A stretch of 49,817 nucleotides of DNA from a virus. Position 1 is the stretch's first letter; each line of letters starts with the position of its first letter. The stretch lies in the IMG/VR virus record IMGVR_UViG_3300005340_000010. One strand, given 5' to 3'. Under the pieces are notes generated by a model. The model saw nothing but the letters and a program-made list of their open reading frames with translations, was not told the origin of the DNA and ran no database searches. Both the position numbers and the translations under genes were made by a program. Of this stretch, positions 46,996 through 49,817 are shown in pieces.

Positions 46996-49085
46996 TTCGC
47001 TCCGACGTATTCCTTGCCGCCGAACAGGTTTCGGAAGTAATCGTAGACGCCCGGATACGTCGATTTGAACGCGCTCGGATTCGCCATATACTGACCGAAC
47101 AACTCGGCGAAAGACTCCGCGTATTTGCCGTCGCCGTGGTAGCTCATGATCGCCTTCGGATACTGCGCGACAATCTCGCTGATCCGGGCGTCGGCGTCGG
47201 GCTGGCTCTGCTTAATCCCGGCAGCCGTTACCTTGCGCTTCATGTCCTGCCAAGCGCTGTCGTAGATGTTCTGCCATGCGGCACGCTGAGCGTCGGACAT
47301 GTCTTTGAAATAAACGGCGTGCCCTGTTTCGTGCGCGTAAACGTCCGTGTCGTTGGCGTTCTTTCGAGAGATCAGGGCCGTGTTGTCGTAGTCGTTCTGG
47401 TTCGGATCAAACTTGCCCGAGTTGGGACCGAACGTGAACTGCGCGCCGTAGAGGCCAGAAGTTCCTGGTTCACCATTAACGACGCCGCTGATCGGCGATC
47501 CGTACTTGATGCTTCTCCCGGCCTTGAACTGATCCGGAAGAAGGGTCGCGGGAAGCGACTTCGAAAGAAGCGGGTCGTTTTCGTTGGCATCTCCAGTTTT
47601 CGGCCATTCCGTGTAGTAACGACCACTCGCGTGCCGCGTTGGCCCGAGCGCATCCACGGTGCTCTTCTGAACGTGAAACGGGACAGGGATCTGTGATCCA
47701 TCTGGATTCACGTACACGGCAGCGTAATCCTGCATGGCCTGTTGCCGCGCGACGGGATCAGCCGGAAGCGAAGAGACGAGTTTGTGAAGCGCTTCGTCAT
47801 GGCCGTAGGAATCTTCCAAGCCCACCCCGCCGAGAACGCGCGCGGCGATCGTCGTGACCGTTCCGAAGTCTCCGGCTTGCATTGCTTTTCCGAGCGAGGT
47901 TTTCACGACGCCTGAAGTTGTACGCCAGAGCGGGGACTGCACGACGCTCTTCACGACGAGCGGCGCTTCTGCTGCTGTCACGAGCCCCGATCCGATCTCG
48001 GCCCCGAGCGCGGCTCCGGCTGGCCCGCCGAGCATGAAGCCGACTCCACCGCCAACGCTGCCACCAGCCGCAGGACCGAACGCCGCCTTCGCCATTCTCC
48101 ACCAATCAGTTACGGCGGGCGGGATGGAAGAGGCGAGCGCATCAGCTTGCACCCGTTCGGCAGTGCGGCGACGAACGATGAAATCCGTTCCGGCATCCGT
48201 GATCTGCGCGTCTGGATATTTCGTTTGGAGCGCTTCGAGTTGCTTGTCTGCGGCAGTTGTCTTGGCGAACTTCTGGACAGGGATGTCGGCCGTTCCGCCT
48301 ACAGCGGGGCCGAGTTGCTTGGCCGGATCGCCGAGGACTTTGCCCTCTCCCGCCAGTTTCGAGCCGATCGTCTCTGCGAGCGGGCGCATCGGGGCGTCAC
48401 GCGGCGCCAAAGCGTCGGCATAGGTTCGCGCTCCGGAGGCTTCCAGTGATGCGCCAGCGCGCGAACCTGCGCCCTCGATGGCTCCGGCGAGCGCAGGGTG
48501 CGCCATGGCAGCCATTCCGGCGAGTGCCGTGCCCGATTCGACGGCCCCTAGGTTCTCGTCGCGTGTAGGGGCGTTTCCGTGCGCGTAGGCCATAGCCGGA
48601 CGCGCGGTCTCCAGTGCTGGCCTGCCGATGATCGGAACGGCTCCGGCGTTCTGTTTCGCGGTTGGGGCCTGTCCTGATGCGTAGGCCCGAGCCGGAGCGG
48701 TTACGTCGGCAGCGATACCGCCAACCGTTTTCGCGGCTCCGTATCCGCCCATCGTCGCGACGTTGAGCGCCCAATCTCTGACCGCCGCAGGGACTTCGGC
48801 CATGGAAGTCGGAACGCCTGCGAGATGCGCTATTCCTTTTCCTGCCGCGCCGAGCACGTCTCCGGCGCTGATATCACTTTGTCCCGCCGCCGGATCGCCA
48901 TGCGCCGTAGCGGGCGGATTCTCCTTCCGCATCGCAATCTCGGTGCGCGGGTCGAGTGTCACCCATGACCGGTATTCGGGATGCTTGGCGACAACCTCGG
49001 AAACGAGGTGATCCGTAGGCCAGTTCGCATATTCGGGGAACTTGGCCTTGATCTGTGCTGCGAACTCGTCAACCGAGTAGGGCAT
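46992..49085 (-). CDS. Large internal virion-like protein with a C-terminal HExxH (gluzincin-like) metallopeptidase module, 697 aa
   Basis: HETGH at 47319..47333, with ESFAELF about 65-70 residues downstream as a candidate third ligand. The middle is G/A-rich. TGATG overlap with the junction-spanning gene. Confidence 0.6.
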   Translation of the reverse strand: MPYSVDEFAAQIKAKFPEYANWPTDHLVSEVVAKHPEYRSWVTLDPRTEIAMRKENPPATAHGDPAAGQSDISAGDVLGAAGKGIAHLAGVPTSMAEVPAAVRDWALNVATMGGYGAAKTVGGIAADVTAPARAYASGQAPTAKQNAGAVPIIGRPALETARPAMAYAHGNAPTRDENLGAVESGTALAGMAAMAHPALAGAIEGAGSRAGASLEASGARTYADALAPRDAPMRPLAETIGSKLAGEGKVLGDPAKQLGPAVGGTADIPVQKFAKTTAADKQLEALQTKYPDAQITDAGTDFIVRRRTAERVQADALASSIPPAVTDWWRMAKAAFGPAAGGSVGGGVGFMLGGPAGAALGAEIGSGLVTAAEAPLVVKSVVQSPLWRTTSGVVKTSLGKAMQAGDFGTVTTIAARVLGGVGLEDSYGHDEALHKLVSSLPADPVARQQAMQDYAAVYVNPDGSQIPVPFHVQKSTVDALGPTRHASGRYYTEWPKTGDANENDPLLSKSLPATLLPDQFKAGRSIKYGSPISGVVNGEPGTSGLYGAQFTFGPNSGKFDPNQNDYDNTALISRKNANDTDVYAHETGHAVYFKDMSDAQRAAWQNIYDSAWQDMKRKVTAAGIKQSQPDADARISEIVAQYPKAIMSYHGDGKYAESFAELFGQYMANPSAFKSTYPGVYDYFRNLFGGKEYVGAK

Positions 49086-49817
49086 CAGTGCCCCCCAGGT
49101 GGCGTGAGGCCGAGGGGATTTCCGCCAGAAGCCGGAGCGGGCGAGCCGCCCGGTGCGGCAATCGACACATTTGGCGCGTAACTGTTTCCCGCGTTCGTCG
49201 CCACACCGGCCGAAACGATTGAATTGCGGCGGATGAGAAGGTTCTGCTGCAAGAGGCCGAGCGCGGATTGAAGCGTCGGCAGCGACCAGTTCGTTTGAAG
49301 AATGTGCGCGGCCTGCTTCATCGCCTCATCAGTCGGCGAGTTCCCGCCACGGTAGACGACGGCGAGCTCCGCCTGCATCTCGACGATCTGCTGATCGAGT
49401 TTCGTGGCGATCTGCTGCGCTTGCGGGCCGAGTAGGCCCTGCTTCGCGCCGATGAGCCGCGCGCTATTCAGGAGTGGGAATCCGCCGCCCTGCCATTCCT
49501 TCGCGAGGTTATCGACAAGCGGGATCGATTCGTAAGCGAAATCGACGGCCTGACGAAGCCGTACCTGCCCCGGCCCGTTCAGCGTCGAGAGGTACTTCTG
49601 AGTCGATGTCCAGTCCTGCGTAGCTTTCGTGAGGTCGTATCCGTCGCGGGCAAGAGCGGCACGCACCGGTCCTTCGATGCGGGCATGAACGACTGGCGGT
49701 TGACGACCAGCGACGATCTCTCCGGCAATGGCTTTCGCGTCGTCGGGATTGACGCTTCCGGCCGGAACGCGCGCGGCGGCCATACCGGCGACCTTAACCT
49801 GCGTGGCGTTCGTCATC
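49085..49817 (-). CDS. C-terminal part of the junction-spanning 504-aa internal virion-like protein (see 1..872)
   Basis: The tracked ORF 49085..49816 begins at an internal Met. The frame stays open to the window end and continues from ATG 872 through the repeat. Confidence 0.75.
   Translation of the reverse strand, partial: MTNATQVKVAGMAAARVPAGSVNPDDAKAIAGEIVAGRQPPVVHARIEGPVRAALARDGYDLTKATQDWTSTQKYLSTLNGPGQVRLRQAVDFAYESIPLVDNLAKEWQGGGFPLLNSARLIGAKQGLLGPQAQQIATKLDQQIVEMQAELAVVYRGGNSPTDEAMKQAAHILQTNWSLPTLQSALGLLQQNLLIRRNSIVSAGVATNAGNSYAPNVSIAAPGGSPAPASGGNPLGLTPPGGH
49728..49817. repeat. Terminal direct repeat, copy 2 (identical to 1..90)
   Basis: Exact 90-bp identity with the window start. 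Confidence 0.95.

Noticed and set aside
1-49817. CRISPR arrays, transposases or IS elements, rRNA genes, canonical tRNA genes, toxin-antitoxin pairs of known families, restriction-modification genes or methyltransferases.
   Set aside because: Reading both strands showed no spaced direct-repeat arrays, no DDE or serine/tyrosine recombinase motifs, no rRNA-like segments, no other GTTCGA(A/T)TCC-type T-loops in a cloverleaf context, and no methyltransferase motifs (DPPY, FxGxG).

Overview
The window is a complete, circularly closed tailed-phage genome. The unit length is 49,727 bp: the first and last 90 bp are identical, and a 504-aa ORF reads through the junction. It is high-GC and almost gap-free, with pervasive stop-start coupling (ATGA, TGATG, GTGA, TTGA overlaps).

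Layout:
1. A ~27.8-kb minus-strand late block runs 21963->1 and wraps to 49817->43922. In order it carries terS- and terL-like genes, portal, a scaffold-like gene, an unusual fibre/decoration cluster, major capsid, a GT-A-like glycosyltransferase, tail fibre, adaptor- and hub-like proteins, four large internal/ejection-like proteins (one with an HExxH module), small membrane proteins, and a 2-TM holin-like ORF coupled to a Zn-peptidase-like endolysin. The order resembles P22-type podoviruses. No sheath, tube or tape measure was recognised.
2. A plus-strand island (21972..22618) with a GroES/Cpn10-like gene.
3. A short minus-strand operon (24287->22615) that includes DUF551.
4. A ~0.9-kb ORF-poor, G-tract-rich island (24324..25226).
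5. Three small plus-strand ORFs (25262..25981).
6. A minus-strand 'early-left' operon (34400->25938). It holds many Cys-rich small proteins, three lipoproteins, an RHH regulator, a clan GH-A-like glycosidase, a Lar-like protein, a membrane-anchored RING-like zinc-finger protein and an embedded tRNA-like element.
7. A plus-strand 'early-right' operon (34692->43766) with a RecE-like PD-(D/E)xK exonuclease, a Sak4-like ATPase, a DEDDh exonuclease, RusA and DUF3307.

Nine sigma70-like promoters with 17-bp spacers sit at operon heads. Six of them place an ATG 7-8 nt after the -10 element, which suggests leaderless mRNAs.

No integrase, partition genes, DNA polymerase, primase/helicase, reverse transcriptase, CRISPR array, transposase or rRNA was recognised.

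All functional calls come from motif-level recognition by eye, gene order and sequence context. No database search or folding program was run, so family names are hypotheses to confirm.
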